DNA from: an uncultured delta proteobacterium
GTDB taxonomy: Bacteria > Desulfobacterota > Syntrophorhabdia > Syntrophorhabdales > Syntrophorhabdaceae
Assembly: GCA_963783625.1 (NCBI GenBank)
Contig: CAWAOG010000034.1
Coordinates: 58,368 to 122,367 of the forward strand
Direction of reading: 5' to 3'
Length of the DNA stretch: 64,000 nt
Shown one piece after another: positions 31,467 through 45,810 of the stretch. The number at the start of each line of letters is the position of its first letter. The first letter of the stretch is position 1. The notes below the pieces were generated by a model, which was given only the letters and a program-made list of their open reading frames with translations, did not search any database and was not told where the DNA came from. The position numbers were made by a program, and so were the translations under genes.

Positions 31467-31762
31467 CCTCGGCCTAAAACCGCTGTTTTCGGAAAGGATA
31501 CGGAATTCTACGATACTATTCAAGAGTTTCTGTAATTATAAATATGAGGTATTCCGGATTCGCAATGGAATGTCAGAAATAGCTGTTTTGAACAAGCATG
31601 CAAGGAGGGAACTGGCCATGGTCAGGTCAGGTAAAATGTACATAAGCCTATATATATAAGCAACTTACAGACATAAAAAAATAATTATGTTGAGGGGTTA
31701 CGTGTTTTTTTTTAAAACTATTAAAGGTTCTATTTTTCAGTGAGAAATATCACATTTTTTCT

Positions 31763-31791
31763 TGACAACGAACATGCCCGCGCTTAAAATT
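31763..31791 (+). promoter_or_regulatory. near-consensus sigma70-type promoter TTGACA-17 nt-TAAAAT upstream of the IclR gene
   Basis: TTGACA at 31763-31768, TAAAAT at 31786-31791. A 10-bp palindrome CTGTATACAG (31819-31828) lies in the leader. Confidence 0.45.
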
Positions 31792-31849
31792 CTATTCTTT
31801 AGGATACATAAATAGTTTCTGTATACAGAATGAGTGAAGGATCAGCAGG

Positions 31850-32709
31850 GTGAAGTCTTCCAAGAATAAACAGAAACACAGCTATTCACATCTTGTGCCT
31901 GCAGTTCAACAGGCCACAAAAATCCTCAAGTACCTTGCTCAACTCCCGGCTTTAAGGCAAACCTGAAGGATATTTGCGGCAATGTAGGTATCCACAACAG
32001 TAAAGGTTACGCCATTCTCAATACTCTGCAGGAAGCCGGTTACGTAAACAGAGACGACAATACAAAATTATATTCCTTAGGTTTCGGCCTCATCTCGCTA
32101 GGACATCAGCACCCTTGCCAATGTTCGTTATAAAGAGATAGTCGAAACTTTTTCTTGAGGAGCTTGCACAGGAAACACATTGTACGTCTCTGTTCGGAAT
32201 GATTGCGGCAGATCAAGTTGTAGTCGTTTGGCGTGAGGATTCGGACCATGATGTAGGCGTTACTCTTCGTCCGGGACATACCACCCCGCTCACCTATTCA
32301 GCTGCGGGTAAGGCTATTGCGGCCTTTCTACCCGAAAAGAACGGGAAGAGCTTTTGGCGGAAGACAATCTCTTTTTTCACGGAGAACCGGTTAACCTTGA
32401 TCGTGTAAGGAGCTTATAAGAGAACTCCATGAGTGCAGGCATACCGGGTACGCAGAAGCCCCCGGGAAAGTGAGTCCTTTGATCAGGATAATTGCTTCAC
32501 CGGTACTTGGTCAGAAGGGTTATCCGATTGGAGCTATCTTTATTATTGGTATTTTTCCAAAAACCGTTATTCCCTCTTACGGCAACAAGGTTGCGGAAGC
32601 GGCAAGAAAGGTTTCCTCTTTGCTGGGATCCGATGCGACCTGGCCTTCCAGTGAAGCCGTGGAACATGCCGCAAGAGTCCATCGGGTCGAGGTAAAAGGA
32701 GGCAGCTAA
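31850..32709 (+). CDS. IclR-family transcriptional regulator, at least 5 frame breaks
   Basis: GTG 31850 follows AAGGA. Fragments: VPAVQQATKILKYLAQ, NLKDICGNVGIHNSKGYAILNTLQEAGYV, ANVRYKEIVETF, LEELAQETHCTSLFGMI...LTYSAAGKA, IIASPVLGQKGYPIGAIFIIG. Confidence 0.7.
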
Positions 32710-32956
32710 ATGGGCAGCCGGTAATCACGCTATGTAATCTCTGAAAAGAGTGCATCCGGCAAAGCATTGGATTGGCAAGATGGTTGTAAATTGGAATGGC
32801 GGCAAAGATAAAAGGGAGCTGTAATGAGACTTAGGAGGTGCAACCGGAGAAATCGATCAGGTCTTTGTCACCACAAATACTTTTGAAAGGAGACAGATCC
32901 TTAATAATCAGGAATGACTTTTTTCACGTAAACACTATTTCAAAGGAGGATACACA

Positions 32957-34797
32957 ATGCGTCTACACCGCAAATTAGCACAGGTTCTCTTGGTATTTAT
33001 TTTATTCGTAAGTGTTGCCGTTACAACGAGTGCAGCTTATGTCGTCCCTGGTCTTCAGGTCGACCTCAGGCAAGGCTCCTACATAGGCCAGGCAGACTCC
33101 GACTCCGGCGTCGATATTTGGAGGGGGATACAATTCGCCACGGCCCCGCGCTTCCAGGCTCCGGGAAAAACGCCTGACAGCACCAACGCGATCAACGCGT
33201 TCACTCATGGCAAATCTACGTCCGGAGCAACTGGCGGAGATATTGACTGCCTCAACCTGGCGGTCTATGTTAATCCAATAGACACCGGAAAACCGAAATC
33301 CGTATTCATGTGGATATTCGGCAGCGCGAACAGCGGCGGAAGCCCCAGCGCGTCCAACTGGACGAAGTTTGTAGCCGCGAACCCCGACATCATAGTCGTG
33401 ACGCCCAACCATCGAGGCGGACGCTTTGGCAGCATAGACCTCCGCCAGCTTGCAGGCTATGACGCCTACAGGGACGCAAACGGCAAAAACCCCTATGACG
33501 TCAGCAACAATATCGCTCGCCTTGACATTCTTGAAGCCCTCAAATGGATAAACGAGAACATCGCCGCCTTCGGTGGGAACCCGAACGACGTATCCATAGG
33601 CGGACATTCCTCCGGCTCGAATCTCTGCCTCGCCGTCAGATGATGCCGGAAGCCGCGCCCTACTGGCAGAAGTCTCTGAACCAGGAATCCTTCCCCCTGG
33701 ATAGCAGCCTGATGCCGCTTGAAGCCGCGCAGCAAGTAGCCCAAGGCGTGTTCACCGCACGTAGCGTAACGACCATGGATCAGTTCCTGGCCTTGACCAA
33801 TGCCCAGGTAAACGCCAATGTACCGGCCCCCGCAGGCTTTGGATACAAGCTCCTTTCCCCGGTTATCGACAACGTGGTAATCAAGGATAACTACTACCAG
33901 CTGCTGCTCGACGGCCTGTGGAAGGGCAAGAAGATAATACTGGGTTCCAACAATGGTACCTATGACCAGATGTATTCTATTCCGGGCACCGCCATCGCCA
34001 CCGCCAGAAACAGGAACCAGGCAACCTGGGTTCGACCGGCTGGCACGGCTACCCAAATAAGTAGACGGGAGACCCCGATTATATACCAAACTTCGCTGAT
34101 TGGATTGTCGAGGAATATATTTCACACAACACGCTGTATGGTCGCGATATCCTGACCACCGGGAAAGACCTTGATGCCGACATGCAGATGCGCGTGCCCG
34201 CCCTTCTCTTTGCGGAAGCGGCGTCCCTCTACACGAACGTTTATTTCTACCACAACACATTTGGTAGTACAGCCACGACACGCGCCGCCCACGGCAGCGA
34301 AAACACCGTTATCATGAGGACTTATACCAATGCAGATCCAGCGATGATGGAAGCCGCCAACAGATTTTCCGACACCTGGGCGACCTTCATCCGCACCGGG
34401 AACCCGAACTTCGGCGGGCTCGGAACCACATGGACCCCGTACCGCTGCCAAACGAGAGATACGATGATCTTAACCCAGAACCCGTTATACATGGTCAACG
34501 GCGTCCGCAATGAAGACGTCGACCTGCTTATGCCGATAACCAGGGAGTATCCCCTGCTTCTCGCAGCCAAGCTAAAGGTCACAGCGCAACTCCGACAGCT
34601 TCCGTCAAGAAGCTCAAAGGCAACAAAAACGAGCTTACGATAACGATTACCGAGAAGCTTGCTGCGGTCAGAACGTATACACAGAGACTTTCACTATCAA
34701 TAACAATGCCGCGGACACATATACTGTAGACAAGTACAAAGTGTATGTAGATACCAAAGGCAACACCCAAATCCGCGAGTGTTACATAGTCGAGTAA
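32957..34797 (+). CDS. secreted carboxylesterase (type-B/alpha-beta hydrolase) with an extra C-terminal beta-rich domain, at least 4 frame breaks
   Basis: Signal peptide MRLHRKLAQVLLVFILFVSVAV and nucleophile elbow GGHSSGS. Fragments are ORFs 32957..33643, 33544..34155 and 34182..34643. The tail reads KKLKGNKNELTITITEKL...TFTINNNAADTYTVDKYKVYVDTKGNTQIRECYIVE*. Confidence 0.75.
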
Positions 34798-34905
34798 CCG
34801 AAGGGACCGATAAATGTTGTTGTGAATAACAACAGCAAAGCTGCTTTTGTAGCACAGGCAAATGGAAACAATATGGAGTACATTTCATCCTCACCGGGGC
34901 TTTGA
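34798..34905 (+). other. copy 1 of a conserved coding-like block (PKGP-INVVVNNNSKAAFVAQANGN-NMEYISSSPGL*), in frame directly after the esterase TAA
   Basis: The 60-nt core at 34810-34869 matches 36951-37010, with differences almost only at third codon positions. Confidence 0.45.
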
Positions 34906-34920
34906 ACCCGGTGAGGATGA
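34885..34920 (+). terminator. perfect 14-bp stem-loop (TCATCCTCACCGGG / CCCGGTGAGGATGA), no U-tail
   Basis: Arms at 34885-34898 and 34907-34920, with an 8-nt loop. Confidence 0.5.
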
Positions 34921-34945
34921 TACAAGGAAAGAGAGGAGGAGAGGA

Positions 34946-36913
<1,968 letters not shown>

Positions 36914-37209
36914 CCGAACACTTCAAGGGCAGAAGCGCTCAGGGACCAGTATCAATGTCGTGGTTACCAGCAATAGCAAGGCTGCCTTTGTAGCGCAGGC
37001 AAACGGCAATGGTGTACATTTCAAAGGAACACCGAAGTACTAATGATAAAGAAATCAATATGGAATACGAAAAAGAGGAGGTGAAAGAGAAATAAAAGAA
37101 GACAGAGAAAACTATTGAACCTAGAAATTTTTTGGAAATCTGTTTTTGACGAGCGAAATACTTAATAAGGAGGAATATAGAAATTTGGTTACGCAAAATT
37201 AACTTTCTT

Positions 37210-38099
37210 TTGATCATTGCCGCAATACTGATGTGCGTCACAACCTCATATGCGGCAGAGGCGCAGATAAGCGCTATGGACAGGTATTATGACGTCGTCC
37301 GCGAGGCCGCGCCCGGCCTTCCCGGCTGGACCGTTTATCGTCCGGCAAATCTGACAAGCGGCATCAAAGGCAGACTGCCGGTTATGATCTGGAGCAACGG
37401 TGCGTGCACCAAGACCAACGACGGTGCTTTCTACTTTCTGGAGCAGGTCGCAGCGCATGGATTCGTGGTTGTGGCCTTCGGTGAACCGTATGTTCATGTT
37501 GGCGGGAATGGAAAGGCCGAGGCCGCCAGGATGAAATCGGCAATAGATTGGGCGACATCTCCTCCCGGCCGTGGCGGTCCAGCGTACTTTAACCAGCTCG
37601 ACGCCTCGAAGATCGCCACTGCAGGATTTTCATGCGGAGGTGTGGATGCGGAATATGCGGCTGTGACCGACCGGCGAGTGAAAACGTCCGTCATCGTGTC
37701 CAGCGGCTTCTATCCGGATCTACGGCAGGGGCAGGTTGCAGTATGTCCGGCTGCAATGCCCACTCCCGAGGATTGCTCCCGAATCTATACGGTCCCATAA
37801 TCTTCTTCCCAGGCAGTGCCGAAGGCTGGATCACGCCTGATGATATTGCTTACCCCAATGCTATTGCAAACTACCACCTCATCTCTACTGTTCCCGCTGT
37901 TCTTGCGTATCGAGATCTTACCGGCCACGGCGGCTACTTAGGTACTGCTTCCACCACTCTCCAACTTCAAGCCGTGCAGACCGTGGTCGATTGGCTGGAT
38001 GGTATCCTCAACGGAAACCAACAGGCACTCGACTGGGTGATCGGACCTGACGGACTCGCTAAGATCAGCGGTTGGCACGTCCAGTCAAAAGGATTCTAA
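37210..38099 (+). CDS. secreted alpha/beta hydrolase (dienelactone-hydrolase/chlorophyllase-like), one frame break near 37750; true start unclear (no canonical start after the AAGGAGG at ~37167)
   Basis: Signal-like FLLIIAAILMCVTTSYAAEA. Motifs: LPVMIWSNGAC...AAHGFVVVAF and nucleophile elbow GFSCGG. ORFs 37210..37800 and 37632..38099. Confidence 0.7.
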
Positions 38100-38112
38100 C
38101 GATTCACAATGT

Positions 38113-38134
38113 GGAGAGGGTCCCTGCCCTCTCC
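38113..38134 (+). terminator. 8-bp GC stem-loop GGAGAGGG-TCCCTG-CCCTCTCC
   Basis: Lies 14 nt after the stop at 38099 and is followed by TTATTA. Confidence 0.4.
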
Positions 38135-38222
38135 TTATTAACATATAATCTGCATGGTATCTTAAAGGACACACCCGGGTACTCGCACAAGGCTGTGGCC
38201 GGATAAACAGAGGAGGTAAAGA

Positions 38223-40369
38223 ATGAAATTACAAGAGATAAGTTTTAGTGATGGGTTGTAACAGTTTGTTTATTTTACTGTGTTTTGTTTCCCACGCCAG
38301 GATACAGCCAGATGGTTTCCAAACCGGGGCAATACAGGGGTTATTCCTACACCGCTTTATGGGGACAACGAATGGGTGCGGAGCTCCCAGTATATAACAG
38401 TAAGGGACGGAACAAAGCTGGCAATAGATATTTTTCGTCCAGGCGTAGTGAATGGAGTGGCGGTAAATACACCGCATCCGGTTGTGTTTCAGCAAACGCA
38501 ATACCGGAGGGCATACTATCAGGGTAGCTAATCTGGTGTTGAGTTGGAAAGAGTATGGCAGATTCACTTACAAAGTATGGTTATGTTGTAGTTGTCGGTG
38601 ACCCGAGAGGTTTAGGCGCATCCTACGGGACACGTGGGGCATCATGGGACACGCAAGAAGCAAAAGATACCCATGATCTCGTGGAATGGTTGGGAGTACA
38701 GCCCTGGAGCAACGGGAACGTCGGTATGTGGGGATCTTCCAGATATGGGCGGCATTCAGGTGTTTACCGCTGCGTACGAAACCGCCGCACTTAAAGGCAA
38801 TCTTTTCCGGCGCAGACACCATTTGATCAGTATGATGAATTTTATACAATACCTGAAATCCGCGGACCTTTGGGGGAACTGGGGAGTATGGCCAACGACA
38901 TGGCATCAGCACCGGTCGACGGTGATGTGGACGCCAAGCCGACGGTTATCCTGACATGTGGTATACAGCAGTCCAGCAGCATAAACCCCACTATGACAAA
39001 ATCGCGGCATACGCTGCCGGCCTCGGTCAGATGACGGGACCATATAGTCAGGTCGGTGTCTCTCCATACAGGGATAGCATTGGGCCTCTCGTGGGAACAC
39101 AGTTCTACTATGAGTCCAGCCCGAGCAACTATCTCACTGAGATAGCGGATTCCAATGTGGCCATCTACAGTATGGGATTTTGGAACAACTGGCTGAGGCG
39201 GGGCAGCATTTCAGCTTTCTCCAATTTCACCAATCCGAGTAAACTGATCATGACGGCCACATCAAATATGCCGACCTTCAATTTTAATACCGAACATCTC
39301 CGCTATTTTGACTACTGGCTGAAAGGCATCAACAACGGGATCATGGATGAACCGCCGGTCTTCTACAACGTTTTGAGCGCGCCTGCGGGCAATGACTGGC
39401 GTTTCGCCTGGAGATGGCCGCTCCCGAATCAAAAGAATGTGACATTCTATCTGGCACAGCCACAAAGCACTCCGGATAGCAGTCACCCGGTGTAAACAAT
39501 GGGAAACTTGGCTCAGACTGCTCCATCCGTGCAAAGCTGGAGCAGATTCATATACGGTATTTCTACGGCATAAATGCGGGAAAAGCCAGGATACAAAAGG
39601 ACTCACGTATACAACGGAACCACTGGCTGCCGACATGGAGGTCACCGGTCATCCGGTCATGTATCTATGGGTCTCTTCCGATCATGAAGATGGAGATTTC
39701 GTTGTGAACCTTAAAGAAGTAAACGACACCGCCGGAACATCGACAGTCATTTCTACAGGCAAATTAAGAGCGTCACTCAGAAAGATAGCAGAGCCACCAT
39801 TCAGTTACATGGGTCTTCCCTGGCGGCGCGCGCTGCAGTCGGATGAACAGAAGCTTACTCCCGGCGCACCGGTTGAGCTAATTTTTGATTTACTGCCGGT
39901 TTCCAAAGTGTTCAAGGCAGGTAATCGTATAAGAATCAACATTATATGTGATTCAGCGCCAAATACACCTGTGCTAATTCACCGGTGCCGGTTGTGAACG
40001 TTTACCGGAACTCTGTGATGGCCTCATATGTCTCTCTCCCTGTCATCACCGATCCTATAAATGTGGCCGTAAAGATCGAACCTCAGACCTTGAACCTAAA
40101 GAGCAACGGTGAATTCACGGTATTTATTACCCCGTCTGCTGACCTTGGGAAGGGATACCAGGCACGAGGATATTGATGTCAGCACCCTGGTATGCAATGG
40201 TGCTCCTGCAATAAGCGGTCAGGTAGCAAACGATACGCTCGTTGCGAAATTCAGAAGACAGGACCTCACAAACACATCGGCAGGTTCCTCGGTGACACTC
40301 AACATATCAGGTAAGTACTATTACGACATTCCGTTTGCAGGAAGTGGAACAATAAGAGTCACGAAATAA
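38223..40369 (+). CDS. CocE/NonD-family hydrolase (paralog of 34946..), at least 6 frame breaks
   Basis: GAGGAGG RBS. Fragments: YITVRDGTKLAIDIFRPG, KYGYVVVVGDPRGLGASYG, WSNGNVGMWGSS, ORF 38956..39495, and the C-terminal PepX_C-like ORF 39635..39997. The end is ORF 40109..40369. Confidence 0.75.
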
Positions 40370-40383
40370 ACGGCATAGGAAGA

Positions 40384-40411
40384 GGCGAGGGGCATTAAAG
40401 TGCCCCTCGCC
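40384..40411 (+). terminator. 11-bp stem-loop GGCGAGGGGCA-TTAAAG-TGCCCCTCGCC
   Basis: Lies 15 nt after the stop at 40369. Confidence 0.45.
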
Positions 40412-40515
40412 AACACGCAGTCGTCCATTGAGGTGGATGAACAGGAGGTGGAGGTCAAACAGAAACATTTTCTTTATCAATTTTGATTCATTAATTTAAA
40501 AAAAGGAGGCATTTT

Positions 40516-41912
40516 ATGATCACAAGAAAAATAATTTTATTGTTCCTTTTCTTGAGCTTTTTTATAATCGTCGTATTGTGTCCAGTCACAGGCCTGGACA
40601 CAGGCAGCCACAATCCGACCGCATACACTGGTAAACTGAGCGATGGTTTGACAGACTACAATTTGCTGGTACCTGCCAACTGGAACGGAACACTTCTCGC
40701 GAGCCTGGATACAATCGGGTGCCGGTGACGTGCGGAACTGGCTTCTTGATCGGCGGATATGCACTTGCCGGAACGGCCCGTGGCACGGCAAATTGGGACT
40801 TGACCTAGGCATGCAAGAAACATAATTGAGGCAATGGGACAATTTCGAAACACATGGTGGGAAAACCAAGGCGAACCATTATCTGGGGAAGGTCACGCGG
40901 TGGCATAACGGCACGTGCTGCCCTGCAGCTCTTACCCGGAGAGGTTTCGACGGCGGTATCCCGATGTGCGGCGGCGGGGCCGGGACTGTTGCCATGTGGA
41001 ATTTTAAACTGGACGCTACCTTTGCTCTTGATGCTCTTCTCGGCAGTCAATACAGGAATCAAACTTCAGCTCAACAATATAACGGATCTAAAGAAAGAGA
41101 CAGATAATATAAATTACATAGTTACCGAAGCGCGGAAAACCCCTGAGGGACGCGCACGGATCGCACTCGCAGCGGCTTTTTCCCAGATTGCTACCTGGAA
41201 CTCCCCCTCGCAGCCTGAACCTGCCAAAGACGATTATGAAGCGCAGGCAAACAATCAGGCATCTCAGATCGCCTTCGCCTTGGGGACCTCCTTTGTTCCT
41301 TTTCTCGAAGGGTTGGCAGGTGGACCCTTTACTTGGAACCACGGCATAGACTATCGTGTTCAACTCGCCCGTTCCGGATACGAAAAACTAGTCAAAGAAA
41401 TGTACAAGAAGAGCCGGCATAAGTCTCGAAGCAGACCTGCAGAAACTTGCAAAAGCCCCGAGAGTTTACGCCGATCCGGATGCGGTTAGCTTTCATTGAA
41501 AAACACAACATGAGTTGGACCGGCGAGATACGGCAGCCTGTTTTTGATGTAACAACTACGGGTGACCCTGCAGGACCTATATCTGACGAGAAATCGTATA
41601 CGCTGATATAGTGCGACGTGTGGGCAACAACAATCTGCTCCTCTGCCTACGGCCTCGTCCATATCGGGGGGCATTGCAATTTCACGACAGGCGAAAACAA
41701 ATTGCCGCATTTGAAACGATGTTCCGAGGGCTCATACTGGAAAATGGGAAGATGATGCGAGTGCTCATGGACTCAACAGACTAGTACAAGAACTGCAAGC
41801 GGGAACCCCCGTTAATTTGAAAGGATCGAATTTTGTGCAGGTGGCATTGCCAAATGCAATGCGGACATGGGATGTGCGAAACTGGGACACCTATAGTCCG
41901 GATATGAAGTAG
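40516..41912 (+). CDS. secreted alpha/beta-hydrolase-like protein of unassigned family (G-R-S-R-G-G elbow), at least 4 frame breaks
   Basis: Signal peptide MITRKIILLFLFLSFFIIVVL. Motifs: LVPANWNGTLL, IIWGRSRGGITA, PMCGGGAG. The end ...MRTWDVRNWDTYSPDMK* parallels the paralog's tail. Confidence 0.55.
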
Positions 41913-41972
41913 AAACTAGGGTAATGGAACACGTCCTGCCCCAGGCAACTAATGTAGTCGAAAGGAAAATAC

Positions 41973-43431
41973 ATGATATACAGATTTTGGACATATGTTT
42001 TGGTAAGTTCGGGGTTCAGATTCTTTTCATGGCGTTGTTCGTTGTTTTTTCGGAGCAACCCCGGCGTTCGCTGTCGTTCCTTATGATACGATAACAGGGA
42101 CGCTTGCGGATACCACACCGTGGGCTGTCGTAAAACCACAGACCAATTGGAATGGCACGATCATACTTGACCTTGACGGCAATTCCGTGAGGACAAGGCT
42201 CAGCACAACCGTCACATGGCTCCTTGACCACGGGTATGCCTATGGGGGTACTAACAGGTCACCGGTGGCATATAACTTCCCGCAGGCTGTTGAAAACCTT
42301 ATTACTGTCCGATGAATTTCATAAGCCATTCGGTGTAACCCCTGGCGAACCATTGCGTGGGGCAGTTCCCGGGGTGGATTTGTCGGGCGTCTCTGCATGG
42401 AATTGCGTCCGGACATTTTTAACGCCGCCATAGTGATGGCAGGCGGAGGCGGTGGCGAGATCAGCACGTTGAACAGATTCCTGGATGCCCTTTTTGTGTT
42501 GAAGACGCTCGTCGATCCCGGCGTCATCTCTGAAAATCGTTGGCGTTCCGAACAACCCTGCTGGACACGACGGCAGAAACAGCCGCTCAGACAGCCCTTG
42601 TTAATCTGGCAAACTCCACTCCGGCAGGACAGGCACGCCTTTCCCTTGCTGCGGCAATGGAGCAATTCAGTGCCTGGACTGTTTCAGGATCTCCAGAGCC
42701 GGCTGCAGATGATTACGATGCGCAGTATGCTCAGCTTGTAACGCTCTCGGCCCCATAGGTATGAACTTCGTATTTGCCAACCCGATCGTGGTCAGGGCAC
42801 CAATTGAACAACTTGCAGGGGGCGTCGTTTCATGGAACCATGGTGTAAATTATACCGACATGCTGGCGCGCTCCGGCAGGGCTGATTTCGTGAAGGCGAT
42901 GTACGCGAAGGCGGGGATCAGTCTCAGGAAGACCTCCAAACACTGAAAAACGCGCCAAGAATCGCCGCCAATCCTAATGCGGTGGCAATGGCAGAAAAAC
43001 TGATGACGTATACAGGGGAGATCTTCGGACCCGTTATGAATGTTGATAACATTGGTGACCCGGTAGATCCCTCGCCCGCAAAAGTGGCATACAGGCATAC
43101 GTTGAACAGGGCCGGCAATGAAAAACTGTTCAGACTTGCCTGGATACAAAGGGCTGGTCACGGCGGCCAAACCGATCTTGAAAGAGTCACTGCCTTTGTT
43201 GCCCTCATTAACCGCCTCGACACGGGCAAGTGGGGTGACACATCGGCAGCAGGGATGAACTCCCTGGCGGAGCAGATTGCCGCTGATTATGTGTTCCCTA
43301 ACGAAACTCCTCTATTCATAGAGAATAATGGCGTGCGACAAGCCCTGCGTCCATGGGATGTATCTGATTGGGATACGTACGTGCCATGCTCTGGTTATCA
43401 ACCGGGCAAGGCGTTTAACTCATGCAAGTAG
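41973..43431 (+). CDS. paralog of 40516..41912 (G-S-S-R-G-G elbow), at least 5 frame breaks
   Basis: Motifs: VVKPQTNWNGTIILDLDG, TIAWGSSRGGFVG, VMAGGGGGE, ...LRPWDVSDWDTYVP.... Confidence 0.55.
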
Positions 43432-43468
43432 TTGAGAATTGTTTCTAAGCGTAAGTCCTTAATTAAAA

Positions 43469-43501
43469 GGAGAGCGGGTTTGATCCGCTCTCCCCGATTT
43501 T
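43469..43501 (+). terminator. rho-independent-type terminator GGAGAGCGG-GTTTGAT-CCGCTCTCC followed by CCGATTTT
   Basis: 9-bp stem at 43469-43477/43485-43493 with a T-rich tail. Confidence 0.6.
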
Positions 43502-43520
43502 AAACCTGCAAGGAGAAAAC

Positions 43521-45570
43521 ATGAAAATAAGACGAAACACAATTTTAATAATTCTAATGGCTTTACTATTTGTTCCTTTGGTGACCAATGCCCGCGTGAC
43601 GGAAATTCAGATTGTGTCGACGGAATCACCGGCATTCGGAGGAACAAATTTTGGCACAGTGGGTCAGTATGAAAAGCTCACAGGTATCATAAAATGTGAA
43701 GTGAACCCAAAACATCCGTTGAATGCAGATATTGTTAATATCGACAAAGCCCCGAAAAATGGAAAAGGCTTTGTAGAATACGATGTGGATTTTGTAATTT
43801 ACAAGCCCATCGACATGAGCAAGGGGAACGGCAAGATTCTTTACGATACTCCGAACCGCGGCGGGATGATCACGATGGGGGTCTTCAACAACGGTACCCC
43901 CGGAAACGGGTTCCTCATGAAAGAAGGATATACCATTGTCTCCAATGGCTGGCAGGCACCTTATCCGGCAATTACCGCCTATGTCCTTCTTGTCGGTCTC
44001 GGGAGCCGTCTGCCATCGGCATCATCATTGAGGGCACGTCTTCCCATCGCCACGAATCCCTGATGGTTCATCCATCGTTGCCATGAGCAGAGAGGAATAC
44101 TACGATCCTCCGTTCAACGTACCCGGGCCGGGGGATGTATTCACAAAATTCCTCACCTATCCCGCCGCGACCTTCGACAAATCCCAGGCAGTTCTGACTG
44201 CCCGTGCTCATGAAAAGGCCCCCAAAGTTGTCATCCCTGACTGGTCATATGTAGATGAATATAGATTTACCTTTGTCAAGCCGGCCTATGCCGACCCCGG
44301 GTACATTTATGAATTTGTCTATCCGGCAAAAGACCCGATCGTATATGGTCTGGGATTTGCCTCCATCCGTGATGTCGTCTCCTTTCTGCGTTACCAGTAC
44401 CAGGACGACAAAGGCAATCCTAATCCCCTGCAAATTGCCGGTTCAAAGTACAGGACTATTAAGAAGGCCCTGGCCTACGGCATGTCGCAGACAGGACGCG
44501 TTGTAAAGACCCTTGTTTATGAAGGATTTAATGAAGATGAAAAGGGCAAGATTGTCTTTGACGGAATCAATACGCATATCGGCGGGTCCCGCAAGGTCTG
44601 GGTCAACGGTGAATTCTCTCATCCGGGAGACATCTTCGGAAATGATCAGTTTCCTTTCACCTACAAACGCACAAGAGATCATTTTACAGGTGATTTCGAC
44701 AGTAACCTTGAGAAATGTGAAAAGTCCCACACCTGTCCTAAGATGATCCATACAGACACGGAAAGTGAAATATGGTCCGGGAGCAGCCTCCTTGGTGAGG
44801 ACCGATACAAGGGGTATCCACGATATGGCGCTTCCGAAAAACGTCAGGGCCTACCTATTCACCGGCGCCAAGCATGGGGCAGGCGGCACTATCGCCCCGG
44901 GTAATTGTCAACAACCGACGAACCCTCTGGATTACAGACCGCTTTCAAGGGCGGTCTTGAAAGCCCTCGATCAATGGGTAACCCAGGATATTGAACCACC
45001 CGCAACCCGTTATCCTGATCTTTCAAAGAAGACCTTAGTATCTCCCGAAGAAGCTGAATTTCCCCAATATCCCGGCCTACTCGTATGTTGTTCCCGCTGG
45101 TGTTCCTCCTGTTCCCACGCCTACTGCTTTTCCGGCAGTTAATTATAACGCTCTCTATCTCAATGCTTACTGGATCGATTACAGCGATCAGCCTCCCCAG
45201 ATTATGGGCGAATATCCTGTCTATGCCATGAAGGTGAACAAAGACGGCAATGGCATTGACGGTGTCCGTCTGCCTGATATTACCGTGCCCATCGCCACCT
45301 ATACAGGGTGGAACAGGACAAAAGTGGGTTTTGGCGGTGATAACAGACTCTGCACCGCCAGCGGTTCATTCATTCCTTTCGCGGCAACAAAGGCTGAACG
45401 GCTTGCCTCGGGCGACCCCCGTCTGTCCCTGAAGGAGCGCTATCCGAGCCATGACTATTACGTGAAGCAGGTGAGTATGAAGCAAAGAAACTTGTCCATG
45501 AAAGACTTCTCCTTCAGCAAGACGCACAGGCGATTATAGATGCTGCAGCGGCGAGCACGATAGGAAATTA
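43521..45570 (+). CDS. secreted protein, probable alpha/beta-hydrolase-domain protein of unassigned family, at least 4 frame breaks
   Basis: Signal peptide MKIRRNTILIILMALLFVPLV. Fragments are ORFs 43521..44063, 44083..44904, 44765..45142 and 45204..45539. The corrected tail is ...EYEAKKLVHERLLLQQDAQAIIDAAAASTIGN*. Confidence 0.45.
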
Positions 45571-45810
45571 GTAATTATAGACGGCGTTAACTCCTGTAAG
45601 CGATTCAATATCCCAGACCTCCGGTACTGGCCGCGCAAGCGGTATCGGAGGTATTACCTCTTCTAAACCTGCAGATGATAGAAGAGTGGTCCGGCAATGA
45701 ACCGGTAAAAGAGAAACCATTGAAGCGGATAAAGGGGATCCGGTCACGCCTCGCAATCATCTCATTGACTTTTGTCTCTCTTCATCGTAACGTTTTATTC
45801 TGAAATTCTT

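Noticed and set aside
31405-31659. 84-aa ORF in the AT-rich spacer after the CoA-transferase pair
   Set aside because: It begins inside the preceding gene's tail, has no RBS and has low-complexity AT-rich codons. The spacer more plausibly holds the IclR promoter region.
45568-45756. 62-aa minus-strand ORF downstream of the last hydrolase gene
   Set aside because: It has no RBS and no recognisable sequence. Part of the interval is explained by the frame-corrected C-terminus of gene 43521..45570.
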